Source: an uncultured Armatimonadia bacterium (GTDB lineage: Bacteria; Armatimonadota; Zipacnadia; CAVVLO01). From it: a stretch of 64,000 nucleotides of DNA. A program made the position numbers and the translations under genes. The DNA lies in the NCBI GenBank assembly GCA_963749155.1, contig CAVVLO010000005.1, forward strand, positions 64,001 to 128,000. Reading direction: 5' to 3'. The notes beneath the pieces are model-generated. The model did not search any database and had not been told where the DNA came from. It saw only the letters and a program-made list of their open reading frames with translations. This document shows, in pieces, positions 20,692 through 31,050 of the stretch (position 1 is its first letter; every line of letters starts with the position of its first letter).

Positions 20692-20746
20692 TCCTGCACT
20701 ATGCCAGGTAACGAAGGCCCTACCGTCCAACTCGGGGTGAACAACT

Positions 20747-21013
20747 ATGCAGCAACTACGAGTCTCGACCCATTCGAAGCCTAACGCTGTCGCAGGCGCC
20801 CTGGCCGGCGCAATCAGGGAGACCGGCCGAGCCGAGCTCCAGACCATTGGGGCTGGCGCGCTCAACCAGGCCATCAAGGCAATCGCCATCGCGCGCGGTT
20901 TTCTTGCCCCTTCGGGAATAGAGCTGGTCTGTATCCCCTCCTTTGTCGATATCACTGTCGACGACCAGGAACGGACCGCCATCAAACTAATTGTAGAACC
21001 CCGCAACACTTAG
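20747..21013 (+). CDS. spoVS: SpoVS family protein
   Basis: SKPNAVAGALAG, IGAGALNQAIKAIAIARGF, ERTAIKLIVE; conserved position after rny-ymdB. Confidence 0.92.
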   Translation: MQQLRVSTHSKPNAVAGALAGAIRETGRAELQTIGAGALNQAIKAIAIARGFLAPSGIELVCIPSFVDITVDDQERTAIKLIVEPRNT

Positions 21014-21085
21014 CCACGTCTTATTGCGCCGGGCATTACTTCGCCTCGCCCTTCAAGGGCGAGGCGCTTTATCCGGAGGCTCAGT

Positions 21086-24000
21086 ATGATACGAGTGCTG
21101 CTCCTGCTGTGCTGCTTCCTGCTGGCAATTGCCTCTCCTCTGCTGGCTGCCGACCAGTTGCTTTGGGACTGGGATCACGGCGGCGCCGACTGGTGGACTT
21201 ATGAGGGCAATGCCTGGGGCAAGATGACTATGGCGCGCGCCGGCAATGACACTCCCGCCCATCTCGAATCCCTGGTTGGCGGCGAGCAGGCCACTGGATC
21301 GATTACCAGCCCGCCCTTCCGAGTCGAGGGAGACCTGCTGGAGCTTTACGCTAACGGCTGGGATGCCAAGAGTGGTTCTGCGGGCCTCAGTTATTTCCGG
21401 GTAATCGACGCCGAGAGTGGCGAAGAACTCGCCCGAGCCAAACCTCCCGGGCAAGATGGTTTTCTGCGTATCCAGCTTGCGCTTTTTGGTCTTCAGGGCC
21501 GGATGGTGCAATTCCAGGCGGTCGACGGGTGCACTGACGGGATGTTCGCCTGGCTCGGTATCGCGCGTATAAGGCAGCTTACCCTCGATGTCCCAGCGGC
21601 CCAAAGCACCTTGAAAGCTTTTGTTCCAGAGCGCGTTTCTGGGCTGACCGGCACCTGGCAGATTCTCACCCACGATGGGGGAGCTAGAACCACTCCGCCT
21701 TACCTCTCCTCCCTTGGACTTGGCGAACCCGGTACCGGAGTTATAGATTCGCCTGCCTGGACCCTCAAGGGAGGCCAGATAAAGCTGGTCATCCGAGGCT
21801 GGGCTGGCCGCGAGGGTGACCGCGACAAGACTTATTTCGAACTCCTCGATTTTGAAACTGGCGATCGTCTGCGTCATACAAAACCACCTTTGACCGATTC
21901 GCCAACTCCCGTTGTCTGGGACGCGTCAGATTTGGCAGGGCGCAAGGTTGTCCTGAGATGCGTAGATTCTGATGGCGATATGAGTTTCGCCTGGCTCGGA
22001 CTCGACAGTATCAAAGTCGAAGATCAGCCCGAGATTACCTTCACTGATGGCTTGCTACTGCGGGACTGGCATGATCCGGATGCTCTTGGCTATGTGCTTG
22101 CGCCCGGTTGCTCCTTCAAGTCAATGGGTTCGCTGGTGCCAGTAGACGGTCAGATAGAAATCCCAATCGGCGTTCAGGGCCGCCGGCTTTGGCTCTGTGG
22201 CCTCTACAATTCGGTAGACCAGGGCGCGCCTGTCTGGGCCTATCCCTGGCCCAACGACAATCGCTTCTGGCTGGGCGATGCATTAGGTTCCATCGAGCTG
22301 GTTTATGCCGATGGCAAAAGAGACCTGGTGCCACTGATGCTCGGGTTTACGGCCTGGTGGGGAAGGCTGCCGGCCGCAGGCTTTACGGAGCCTTTTGATT
22401 CCTCACCCGAGGCGCGCGCTGTTAAAGCCGCCGCGCTTAAAGTGACCGAGACCGGCTCCGGCGCGCCGAGTTGGTTCTATTGCAGCCTGCTCTTGCGCGA
22501 CAAACCCCTTGAGAAACTCGTCCTAAAAGATTCACGAGCCAAGACTGGCTCGGTCGTCCTGAGTGCTTTGACTTTCGAGACAGATGAAGAAAGCCCCGAG
22601 CTTGAAGCTGTACCTTATTACCATGCGCCAGCAAAGGTAATTGAAAACCTGACCATCAATCCGGCAACGCTCGACTTGGAGCAGGTGAGGCAAAAGGTCC
22701 AGGCTCTCGCCGAGGTGCTCTACACCACCCCTGCTGATATCAAAGCAGCCCCCAAGCCTGTTGTGCCTGCCGGCTGGAAAGGCCCTGTAGTCAGTTTTTC
22801 AGGCAATGAATATGCGCGCCTGCTGACCAGTGAGTATTACGGCAACGTGAGCGATATGCTGGCCAAATGTGACGCCGATGGCACCTGGCACACCAGCACC
22901 AAAGACGCCACTTCCTGGGGCAGTTATGAGGGCTTTGGCACCTGGCGAGATGGCTACAACTCATATTATGTCCACGCCTGGTCGCGCGATTTTGGACGCA
23001 GCCTGCACGAGCTTGTAGAGCTGGGCTATGTTGATGTCGCGAACGCCTGCATCGATTGGTCTAACGAGTGGCTGATGTGGTATCCGCGCCAATTCCCAGA
23101 GTTGCAGATTGATGGTAAACCTGCTCCCGCCCACTGGTCGCGCGTTATCAACCTGCCCCAGGTTGAGGGTGAATATGGCAATGCCGAGAACGATGGCCAC
23201 GGGCTGATGATGCTCTTCCACTACAAGACCTGGCTCCATTCGGGTGCCCGCCCCGAGTGGGTTATCGAGCGTTGGGAATACATCGAAGCCGCCGCCGAAT
23301 ACATTCTTTGGCAGATGGAGAATCCTGAACTGTCAGGTTATACCGGTAATGCGCTGCTGACAAATAGCGAATCCTCCGGAGGCATCGCGCCCTCTCTCTA
23401 TCCGGACAACCTCTGTGCCGAGGGGCTTTCTGCTTATGCCAGGATGGCCCGAATGGCTGGACGCATAACTACCTCCAGGCGGTGGGAAGAAGCTGCCGCT
23501 AAATTGCGCGCTGGCAGTGAGGCCGAGTTCATCAAAAACGAAGAGGACCAACTGGTCTGGCGCAGTCCCAACACTGCCTGGGCCTATGGCCACTCTGATC
23601 TGGGGCCGCTCATCTGCCTGCCTGACCGCCAGGGCTTTGTGCCCGAGCTGGCAGACCCTGACTGGTATGAATGCAACCTGGCTACTTACGAGCGTCAGAT
23701 TGGCCGTTGCTGGCCCGAGCCTTTCGTTTCCTCAGTCTGCATGGGATATGGGCAGGGCTTCATCACCCAGGCCGCGTTGCTTTCTGACAATCCTTCAGAT
23801 GCAACTACTGCAGTGCGCAGGATGGCCGAGTTCATCTACTATCCTGATCATCAGCCTTACATTACTCCCGAGGGATGCGAGACCCTGCCCGATCTAAGCG
23901 CCTGGCATCGCACTGGGGACTTGGGCAACGGGGTTCAAGAAGCCGAATGTCTGAAGGCTATCCGCCTCGTGCTGGGCGTGGACGATAATGAGCCTCGACT

Positions 24001-24655
24001 GACCCAGTTCATACCCCGACTAACTAACGACCTGACTGGCTATTCCATCAAGAAATACCCGGTGGTCACCTGGCGAGACCGGGCGGTTGAGGAAGTGCGT
24101 CTCGATGTCAGCTACAACCGCCGTGGTTCTGGTTTTCGCTTCCAGCTGGAGGCTGAAGACCCCCTGAGCGAAGTGCTGGTCCGAGTTGGGCCTTTCTCCA
24201 GGTCTGTCTCCCAGGTTGAAGTTAAGTTCGTTGGCCAGAAAGCTTATACAGAGCCTTGCTATCAGTATGGGGGAGCCAACTGGGCCTGGGTAGATTGTGG
24301 TCGCGACCTAATCGAAGCAGACTTTACTGCCAAGCCAACGAAGTCTGGCAGTTATATCTACAGGCAGTATTATGATAATGACTACCCCACCTACCATCGC
24401 CCCTGGATTATATGGCCACCTAGACCTCACCCACCAGGGGGTGGTCATCCCGGTGGTGGCGGTCATCCAGGTGGAGGTGGTCCAGGCGGAGGCGGTCCAG
24501 GCGGAGGAGGTCCGGGCGGTAATGACTCTGATGATGATGACCATAATGAGCCAGGGGGATCACCCCCAGGCAACCATAACGGACCTGGGCCAGGCACCGT
24601 TGTTGAACCGCCCCCTCCAGGGCCGGATTCAGAACCAGGTCATAATGGTCCCTAG
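21086..24655 (+). CDS. Large secreted protein: two tandem beta-sandwich repeats, a six-hairpin glycosidase-like core and a Gly/Pro/His-rich tail
   Basis: Signal peptide; duplicated TGxIxSP...FAWLG domain; WSRD, ENDGHG, WEYIEAAAEYI suggest an (alpha/alpha)6 hydrolase; PGGG tail. Confidence 0.65.
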   Translation: MIRVLLLLCCFLLAIASPLLAADQLLWDWDHGGADWWTYEGNAWGKMTMARAGNDTPAHLESLVGGEQATGSITSPPFRVEGDLLELYANGWDAKSGSAGLSYFRVIDAESGEELARAKPPGQDGFLRIQLALFGLQGRMVQFQAVDGCTDGMFAWLGIARIRQLTLDVPAAQSTLKAFVPERVSGLTGTWQILTHDGGARTTPPYLSSLGLGEPGTGVIDSPAWTLKGGQIKLVIRGWAGREGDRDKTYFELLDFETGDRLRHTKPPLTDSPTPVVWDASDLAGRKVVLRCVDSDGDMSFAWLGLDSIKVEDQPEITFTDGLLLRDWHDPDALGYVLAPGCSFKSMGSLVPVDGQIEIPIGVQGRRLWLCGLYNSVDQGAPVWAYPWPNDNRFWLGDALGSIELVYADGKRDLVPLMLGFTAWWGRLPAAGFTEPFDSSPEARAVKAAALKVTETGSGAPSWFYCSLLLRDKPLEKLVLKDSRAKTGSVVLSALTFETDEESPELEAVPYYHAPAKVIENLTINPATLDLEQVRQKVQALAEVLYTTPADIKAAPKPVVPAGWKGPVVSFSGNEYARLLTSEYYGNVSDMLAKCDADGTWHTSTKDATSWGSYEGFGTWRDGYNSYYVHAWSRDFGRSLHELVELGYVDVANACIDWSNEWLMWYPRQFPELQIDGKPAPAHWSRVINLPQVEGEYGNAENDGHGLMMLFHYKTWLHSGARPEWVIERWEYIEAAAEYILWQMENPELSGYTGNALLTNSESSGGIAPSLYPDNLCAEGLSAYARMARMAGRITTSRRWEEAAAKLRAGSEAEFIKNEEDQLVWRSPNTAWAYGHSDLGPLICLPDRQGFVPELADPDWYECNLATYERQIGRCWPEPFVSSVCMGYGQGFITQAALLSDNPSDATTAVRRMAEFIYYPDHQPYITPEGCETLPDLSAWHRTGDLGNGVQEAECLKAIRLVLGVDDNEPRLTQFIPRLTNDLTGYSIKKYPVVTWRDRAVEEVRLDVSYNRRGSGFRFQLEAEDPLSEVLVRVGPFSRSVSQVEVKFVGQKAYTEPCYQYGGANWAWVDCGRDLIEADFTAKPTKSGSYIYRQYYDNDYPTYHRPWIIWPPRPHPPGGGHPGGGGHPGGGGPGGGGPGGGGPGGNDSDDDDHNEPGGSPPGNHNGPGPGTVVEPPPPGPDSEPGHNGP
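24434..24520 (+). repeat. In-frame degenerate tandem repeat encoding PGGG(G)H/PGGGG units
   Basis: Repeated CCN GGN GGN GGN GGT units of 15-18 nt. Confidence 0.7.
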
Positions 24656-24680
24656 CAACAGCACAATTTGAACCAGACAG

Positions 24681-24712
24681 AAAAGGCGGGAGCCCTGGGG
24701 CTCCCGCCTTTT
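24681..24712. terminator. Bidirectional intrinsic terminator
   Basis: AAAAGGCGGGAGCC-CTGG-GGCTCCCGCCTTTT between convergent genes. Confidence 0.85.
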
Positions 24713-24736
24713 GTTATTGATATGTCGCTGAACAGG

Positions 24737-25807
24737 TCAGCCGTTGGTAACTTCCTCGGCTACCCAGTCGCCTACCTGGCTGGTCGTCCAGCCACTGCCG
24801 GCCTGCATGGAGGGCATCTTGCCACTCTCCAGCACCCTCACAACGGCGTCCTCGATGGCCTTGGCAGCCTCGGTCGAGCCGAGTTCGTTGAGCATCATCG
24901 CGCCGGCCAGGATGGTGGCCAGTGGGTTGATCTTGTTGAGGCCTGTGTATTTCGGCGCCGAGCCGTGAATAGGCTCGAACATCGAAACGCCGCCCTTGTC
25001 CGGGTTGATGTTGCCGCCCGCGGCGACTCCAAGTCCGCCCTGGGTCATTGCGGCAAGGTCGGTTATGATATCGCCAAAAAGGTTGGTCGTTACGATAACA
25101 TCGAACCACTCGGGGTTCTTGACCATCCACATGCAGCAGGCGTCTACGAAGGCATAATCCGTTTTGATATCGGGATATTCTGTAGCCACCTCGGCAAAGG
25201 TGCGCCGCCACAGTCCGTGACCATGGGTCAGCACATTGGCTTTGTCGACCAGAGTTACTTTGTTGTCCTTGTTGCGCCTGCGCGCCAGCTCGAAAGCGTA
25301 GCGAATGCAGCGCTCGGTGCCCTTGCGGGTGTAAATCATAAGCTGGGTTGCGACTTCATCGGGCGTGCCGGCCTTGAGCGAACCACCGATACCAGCATAG
25401 GCGTCTTCGGTGTTTTCGCGGACGACCACATAGTCGATGTCTTCGGGCCCCTTGTCCTTCAGCGGGCAGTCAATATGGGGATACAGCTTCACGGGACGCA
25501 GGTTGATGTACTGGTCCAGGGCGAAGCGCAGCGCCAGCAGCAGCTGCTTCTCCAGCACGCCGGTTGGCACATCGGGATGCCCGACCGCGCCAAGATAGAT
25601 AGCGTCGAACTGCTTGAGTTCTTCGACGCCGCCCTCGGGGATTATTACCCCAGTTGCGAGGTAGCGGTCCCCGCCCCAGTCATAGTTCTCATACTGCAGT
25701 TTCAGGTCAAACTTGGAGGCGGTCGCGTCCAGCACCTTGACACCCTCGCGGATGATCTCTGGGCCGATGCCGTCGCCAGGAAGCAATGCAATCTTGTATT
25801 CAGCCAT
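24737..25807 (-). CDS. leuB: 3-isopropylmalate dehydrogenase (short, type-2-like)
   Basis: [42 protein letters not shown]; substrate loop [15 protein letters not shown] resembles type-2 LeuB. Confidence 0.8.
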   Translation of the reverse strand: MAEYKIALLPGDGIGPEIIREGVKVLDATASKFDLKLQYENYDWGGDRYLATGVIIPEGGVEELKQFDAIYLGAVGHPDVPTGVLEKQLLLALRFALDQYINLRPVKLYPHIDCPLKDKGPEDIDYVVVRENTEDAYAGIGGSLKAGTPDEVATQLMIYTRKGTERCIRYAFELARRRNKDNKVTLVDKANVLTHGHGLWRRTFAEVATEYPDIKTDYAFVDACCMWMVKNPEWFDVIVTTNLFGDIITDLAAMTQGGLGVAAGGNINPDKGGVSMFEPIHGSAPKYTGLNKINPLATILAGAMMLNELGSTEAAKAIEDAVVRVLESGKMPSMQAGSGWTTSQVGDWVAEEVTNG

Positions 25808-25930
25808 AAGAAGCCCCTTTCTGGATATATGTGTTGCACCTGCTTATAACATATGCCGGGGGTCTTTCGCAAGCGCAGCAGCGCCCTTCACGACTTGCCT
25901 TCAGCTCGGCTGTTACCCTCTGGGCGGGTC

Positions 25931-25939
25931 TGCTATACT
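25931..25939 (+). promoter_or_regulatory. Extended -10 promoter for aroF
   Basis: TGcTATACT about 20 nt upstream of the GTG start and the GGGGAGG RBS. Confidence 0.45.
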
Positions 25940-25960
25940 TCTCCGGGGAGGGATGCTCTA

Positions 25961-26971
25961 GTGGTTATCGTGATGCAAACAGGCGCTTCGCAAGACCAGA
26001 TTACCAAGGTCATCAGCGAGGTCGAAGAACTGGGTTTCCAGCCTCATCCGATTTTTGGTGTTGAGAAAACCGTAATCGCTGTAATCGGACAGCGCACCCG
26101 GGAGAAGATGGAGATCCTCCAGATGCTCCCTGGCGTTGAGTCCGTGATGCCCATATTGAAGCCTTACAAGCTTACTTCCCTTGAAGTCAGAGAGAAGAGC
26201 CAGATAAAGATTGGCTCGGTGAGTGTCGGCGGTCATCAACTCGCCATAATCGCAGGGCCCTGCGCCATCGAAAGCCGCGAGATGCTGATGGAGACTGCCC
26301 AGTTCCTGAAAGAGGCTGGAGCCAACTTGCTTAGAGGAGGCGCCTTCAAGCCCCGCACTTCGCCCTATGCCTTCCAGGGTCTCAAACAGGAAGGCCTGCG
26401 TTATCTGGCTGAGGCGCGCGAACTGACCGGCTTGCCCACTGTTACCGAGATCACCGACCCCAGGCATGTTGAGATAGTTGGTCAGTATGCAGATGCCTTC
26501 CAGATAGGCGCTCGCAATATGCAGAACTTCGTTCTGCTCTCCGAGGTGGGCAAGACCAAACTCCCCGTGCTGCTGAAGCGGGGGATGGCCTCCTCCATCG
26601 AAGATCTCCTTATGGCAGCTGAGTACATTATCTCGGCGGGCAATCCCAATGTGGTACTTTGCGAGCGTGGCATCCGTACCTTCGAGACCGCGACGCGCAA
26701 TACCCTGGACCTTTCGGCTGTGCCGGTTATCCAGCGTCTGAGTCACCTGCCTGTCATCGTCGACCCCTCTCATTCGACAGGCGATGCCCATCTGGTGACC
26801 TCGATGACCCTGGCGGCAATCGCAGCAGGCGCTGATGGTGTACTTGTCGAAGTTCATCCCAATCCGATAGAAGCGACCAGTGACCGCAGCCAACAGCTTG
26901 ATTTCGAGGCCTTCGCCACCTTGATCCATAAAGCCAGACGCGTTGCTGACGCTGTAGACAGATCAATCTAG
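25961..26971 (+). CDS. aroF: DAHP synthase, type I-beta, with N-terminal ACT-like regulatory domain
   Basis: [58 protein letters not shown]. Confidence 0.92.
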   Translation: MVIVMQTGASQDQITKVISEVEELGFQPHPIFGVEKTVIAVIGQRTREKMEILQMLPGVESVMPILKPYKLTSLEVREKSQIKIGSVSVGGHQLAIIAGPCAIESREMLMETAQFLKEAGANLLRGGAFKPRTSPYAFQGLKQEGLRYLAEARELTGLPTVTEITDPRHVEIVGQYADAFQIGARNMQNFVLLSEVGKTKLPVLLKRGMASSIEDLLMAAEYIISAGNPNVVLCERGIRTFETATRNTLDLSAVPVIQRLSHLPVIVDPSHSTGDAHLVTSMTLAAIAAGADGVLVEVHPNPIEATSDRSQQLDFEAFATLIHKARRVADAVDRSI

Positions 26972-26990
26972 CCTTCAAGAGGGAGCCGGT

Positions 26991-28272
26991 ATGTCGCGCT
27001 GGACCTGGCTTTTGATTCTGGTATTGCTCCTGTATGCTTTCACCTTTCCCAGGTGGTTGGTGAAGGCTACCGATATGGCTCATATCCAGCTGACCTATGT
27101 TATGTGGGGCGACACCAGCGAGCTCGAGATGAACAAAAGATGGATCGCCGATTTTGAGGACCTGCATCCCGAAAGTAAAATAAATATGGTTGCCACCGAT
27201 GGCAGTGGCACCGATGTCTAAGATAATGACGATGGTCTCGGGTGGCACCGCGCCCGATGTGATGTATGTCTGGCCAGATATCTTCCCCAAGTTCGTCTCA
27301 GAGGGCCTCTATATGCCTCTGGATGATTACCTTGAGAAGCACAATCTTGGACGCGAACGCTGGTTTGCCGAATTGCTTGAGCCTTACACTCACGAAGGCA
27401 AGCTCTACGGGTTGCCTCGCAGTTGGCACCCCTATCTGCTCTACTACAACCAGGACCTTTTTGATTCAGTAGGTGTCACCAACCCTGAGGCCGACTGGAC
27501 CTGGGATGATGTTATCCGGGTGGGGAAGGAGCTTACTCGCGACACTGATGGCGATGGCCGCACCGACCAGTATGCAATCGCCGGAGTGCCCTGGGAGACT
27601 TTCGTCTGGGGTTGCGGGGGAGAGATCTTCGACAAAGAGGGTAATTGCCTGCTGGACACGCCCGAGGCTATCGATGGGCTGACCCTGTATTATGACCTTA
27701 TCTATACCCACCACATAATGCCCACGCCCCAGGAATTGAAAGAAAGCAAGGATGCCCAGTCGCTCTTTATGACGGGTAAAGTGGCGATGTTCGCCCTCGG
27801 CATCTGGTGCGTGCCCGACTTCAGGGGCATCCGCAACTTCGACTGGGACATCCAGGTAATGCCTGCCGGCCCAAAGCTGCAGGTTACCCCACTGGTTACC
27901 GCTGGCTGGGCAACCTATGCGAAGACGCCCCATCCTGAGGAAGCTCTGGCCTTTACGACTTATCTTGCCGGTCCCGAGGCTCAAAGCTACCAGATGCGAA
28001 TCTGGCGCGATCCCTCGGGTCTCAAAGACGTCTTCAACAAACTGCTCTTCTTCGAACCCGAGAAGGCGCCTCTTAACCGGCAGGCGCTGCTGGACTCTAT
28101 TCCCATGGGCAGGTTCCGCAATGTTTTTATGGGGATGGATGAGGTACAGCGCACGCTCAATGAAGAGCTGGATGTCATCTTCAACGGGTATGTAAAGCGT
28201 GACGAGATCCCCGCCACGGTCGAGAAAATCGTTCGCGCAACAAATGCGGTCCAGTCTCAGGTGGCTGATTAA
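26991..28272 (+). CDS. Sugar ABC transporter substrate-binding protein, +1 frameshift near 27219
   Basis: Removing one T gives GTDVKIMTMVSGGTAPDV; GKLYGLP, LYYNQDLF, WTWDD, FMTGKVAM, DWDI. Confidence 0.8.
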
Positions 28273-28827
28273 CGCGCCTTGGGGAAGTTGGCTTTGAGCT
28301 GCTCGCGCAGGCTGCTGGCCTGGGCGATGTAGGATTCGGCATAGCCGACAAAAGCGTCGGGCTCTTCCGGACTGATAACCCAGTTCTTGTCGCCCTGCAG
28401 CAAGACCAGCTTGCCCAGGTTGGTCGCCGACAGCCAACACGCGCCGATGCCCTTTATCCTGAAGCCACCGAAATGCCCATACAGAGCCCGAGGCGCCTGT
28501 CGTCTTGGTGACGTTCCACATCGTGATGCCTTCTGGCCTGCGAGCTGTCTCTACCATCGCCCAGGGGATGAACACGACTCGCGCGCCCGTCCGGCGGACC
28601 GAGAGCCCGTCCGGCATCACTACGTAAGCCACCGGGCGAAAGAGCCTCACAACTACCAAGGTCAGTGCCAATATGCTGGTCGCTGGGAGCAAGCCGTAGA
28701 AGATCTCGAGCTGCTGGAGCTGCCAGCAAACCAGAGCCGCGACAGCCATCCCAACCACCAGGAGCGTGAAGATCGCGGTAGTCCATCTGGTAACTTTATC
28801 TACCTCAGCCGGACGAAACTCCATCAT
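28269..28827 (-). CDS. Membrane protein with bacterial PH domain, +1 frameshift near 28485
   Basis: Two TMs, then after the shift GLYGHFGGFRIKGIGACWLSATNLGKLVLLQGDKNWVISPEEPDAF; AAAGGGGAGG RBS; stop at 28269-28271. Confidence 0.7.
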
Positions 28828-28868
28828 GGGCCTCCCCTTTGAGCTCCAACCCCTTTATAATAACACTC

Positions 28869-30065
28869 GTGAGAACTTCAGTTGGGGTATTTTGCTGGCT
28901 TGCTTTGGGCTTCTTCCTCTGGAGCCCTGGATTTTCGGGCGAAGCGCCCGAGGATTTTACTCTCTGGCGCCAGGTAAGAGTGCAGGCGCCTGCCGGCTGG
29001 TCTCTGTCCGAATCCGAGTGGCGCCTGGCCCAGCTCCAGGGGCCACTGGGTACTGTGCTGCTGGCCTTCGAGCCTACCCCTCTTGACAAGGCGCCTGATG
29101 CCCTGTTCGAGGCGCTTGTAGACCGGGTCATTGGCCAGCGTATCCATTATGAAGTAGAGCAAAAAGGCACTGCCAGCCTGGCTGGTTTTACCGCGCAGAC
29201 AGCTACAATCGTGGTGCGAGAACCTGCCCCCGATTACACGCGCCTGCGCCTGACTGTAGCCAACCTTGGCCGCAGGACTCTAGTCCTGGCCTGCCTGGCT
29301 CCTGTCCTGTCCTGGCAGCTTGCAGAGCCAGATTTTCGCGCTCTCGAAGCCAGTCTGTCGCTTGTATCAGACCCGGGAGAGTTATGGCCTGTGCCCCTGC
29401 GCGCCAGACCCGACCTTGATTTCTCTGCCTGGAAACATCCCTCCTTGCCTAATGGTCTGGCCTTGTCCCTGCCCGCAGGCGCTCCGACTCAGGTGCTAGG
29501 GGGTGCCGTGTTTTGCTCCCTAACTGAAAGTGACGCCAGGCTCCTGCTGCTTTCAGGCTTCACTTCTACTCCACTTCGGGTGCAAGACGTTTTTGGCTTT
29601 CTTCAAAAACGCCTTGGAGAGGCTTTGCCAGGGGCTACTCGCTTCCGGATTGCCCAGCTTGATCCACTGGGGCTTTCAGCCGTTGTAAAGTGCGTCTGGC
29701 AGGCGCCTGGCAAGCCACCTCGCCGCTTTGCCGGGTTGCTCAGCCTGCAGGGAACCAGTTTGTTGCTGACAGGACTGGAAGCCGCCCCTCGCGGATATCT
29801 GCCTGCCCTGCGTTCTGCAGCCAAGGCACTCGGCCGGATAGATCTTCCACTCGAGCAGCCTTTGGTGCAATTTGCTGTACCGGAGGAGCCATTTGCTGCC
29901 TCGCCCCTCCTGCTCCCACTTTCTCAAAGTGCTGCAGGCTCTCGCCTGATGGAATGGCAGCTGCCAGCTTCGACTGCTGGCGAGTGGGCTTCTCTCGACA
30001 GGGCCCTTGAGGCTGGCCAGCTAGACCCCTGGGACGACTTCCAGCTCGAACTGCTGCTCTGGTAA
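28869..30065 (+). CDS. Hypothetical exported protein
   Basis: Long open frame (track ORF 28839-30065); signal-like N-terminus from GTG 28869; no family recognised. Confidence 0.55.
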   Translation: MRTSVGVFCWLALGFFLWSPGFSGEAPEDFTLWRQVRVQAPAGWSLSESEWRLAQLQGPLGTVLLAFEPTPLDKAPDALFEALVDRVIGQRIHYEVEQKGTASLAGFTAQTATIVVREPAPDYTRLRLTVANLGRRTLVLACLAPVLSWQLAEPDFRALEASLSLVSDPGELWPVPLRARPDLDFSAWKHPSLPNGLALSLPAGAPTQVLGGAVFCSLTESDARLLLLSGFTSTPLRVQDVFGFLQKRLGEALPGATRFRIAQLDPLGLSAVVKCVWQAPGKPPRRFAGLLSLQGTSLLLTGLEAAPRGYLPALRSAAKALGRIDLPLEQPLVQFAVPEEPFAASPLLLPLSQSAAGSRLMEWQLPASTAGEWASLDRALEAGQLDPWDDFQLELLLW

Positions 30066-30080
30066 TCCCTGCCCAACAGA

Positions 30081-30106
30081 AAACCGGCCCCTTACGAGGC
30101 CGGTTT
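30081..30106. terminator. Intrinsic terminator between convergent genes
   Basis: AAACCGGCC-N8-GGCCGGTTT. Confidence 0.7.
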
Positions 30107-30146
30107 CCATATGGCGTTTTGCCCGTCGGGCAGTGTTAGCTACTCA

Positions 30147-30857
30147 TCAATACCAGTGACTGTCGGGTAGAGTCCTTCCACGCATACCCCAGGTGACGGT
30201 CTTTGCATGGCCATCCATAAAGACTCCTTGATACCCTTCCTGGTGGTTGAAAGTATTTGTGAAGTTGACATTTATGTCTTTTGGACCATCCCAGCCGAAG
30301 ATACCGCTCTCGCCGAACAACAGGCGTTGGGCAGGATTTGGTTCACCCCAGTCAGGTGCGCCCAGGGCAGGTCCGGTATCTGGAAAACCATCGGCATCTG
30401 TGCCGTTGTTCCAGACCCAGTTGGGGAACCAGCGGTAGCTGCACCAACCCTGGGTGGGCCCAAGTGTTGCGTTTGTTACTTCGCTTGAGCGCTCGCTAGG
30501 GCATATCCAGATCTGGGTATTGTTGATGTATTTGCCCAACTCACGAACCATACCAATATAGAAGCGATTGCCATAATAGGCGAAGTCGAATTCTGGTGGC
30601 CCAAGGCCAGCTTCGTAGATGTTGCCGCCCCAGGGATTGCATTCCCAGTTGCGAACACTTCCACAAGGCTTGCCGTCATAATCTGTAGCATACATCTGTT
30701 GGGCAAGCGCAATTTGCTTGGCATTAGACAGACAGGCTGACTGACGGGCTTTGTCACGAGCGCGGGCGAAAACAGGGAAGAGGATAGCTGCCAGAATCGC
30801 GATGATCGCGATAACAACGAGCAGCTCGATAAGGGTGAAGCCAGTCTTTTTCTTCAA
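30147..30857 (-). CDS. Prepilin-type N-methylation protein, DUF1559 / H-X9-DG family
   Basis: [41 protein letters not shown]-terminal [15 protein letters not shown]. Confidence 0.92.
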   Translation of the reverse strand: MKKKTGFTLIELLVVIAIIAILAAILFPVFARARDKARQSACLSNAKQIALAQQMYATDYDGKPCGSVRNWECNPWGGNIYEAGLGPPEFDFAYYGNRFYIGMVRELGKYINNTQIWICPSERSSEVTNATLGPTQGWCSYRWFPNWVWNNGTDADGFPDTGPALGAPDWGEPNPAQRLLFGESGIFGWDGPKDINVNFTNTFNHQEGYQGVFMDGHAKTVTWGMRGRTLPDSHWY

Positions 30858-30905
30858 GTTGCAGGCCTCCTCATTTTGTTGACTACCACCTGACGGGCTG
30901 AAGCC

Positions 30906-30934
30906 ATCTTAAGCTGTTCTTAATGAACAGTCAA
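30906..30934 (-). promoter_or_regulatory. Sigma70 promoter of the prepilin gene with an operator-like palindrome
   Basis: Minus-strand TTGACT-N17-TAAGAT; CTGTTC-N5-GAACAG at 30914-30930. Confidence 0.6.
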
Positions 30935-31050
30935 TATATTCTACCCAGCTTTACGTCTTCCTCTAGTGCCTGCCGGTATCTCGCCGAAATAGTTCCAAAG
31001 TGATAAGCTGCTCCAATTGTATGAGCAAGTTTCCTGTGGGGAGGAAAGCA

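Noticed and set aside
20747..21013. spoVS as evidence of sporulation
   Set aside because: SpoVS occurs with rny-ymdB in many non-sporulating bacteria.
24434..24520. Tandem repeats as a possible CRISPR array
   Set aside because: In-frame, degenerate at third codon positions, no spacers and no cas genes.
24668..25849. 393-aa plus-strand ORF
   Set aside because: Antisense shadow of leuB; no recognisable motifs.
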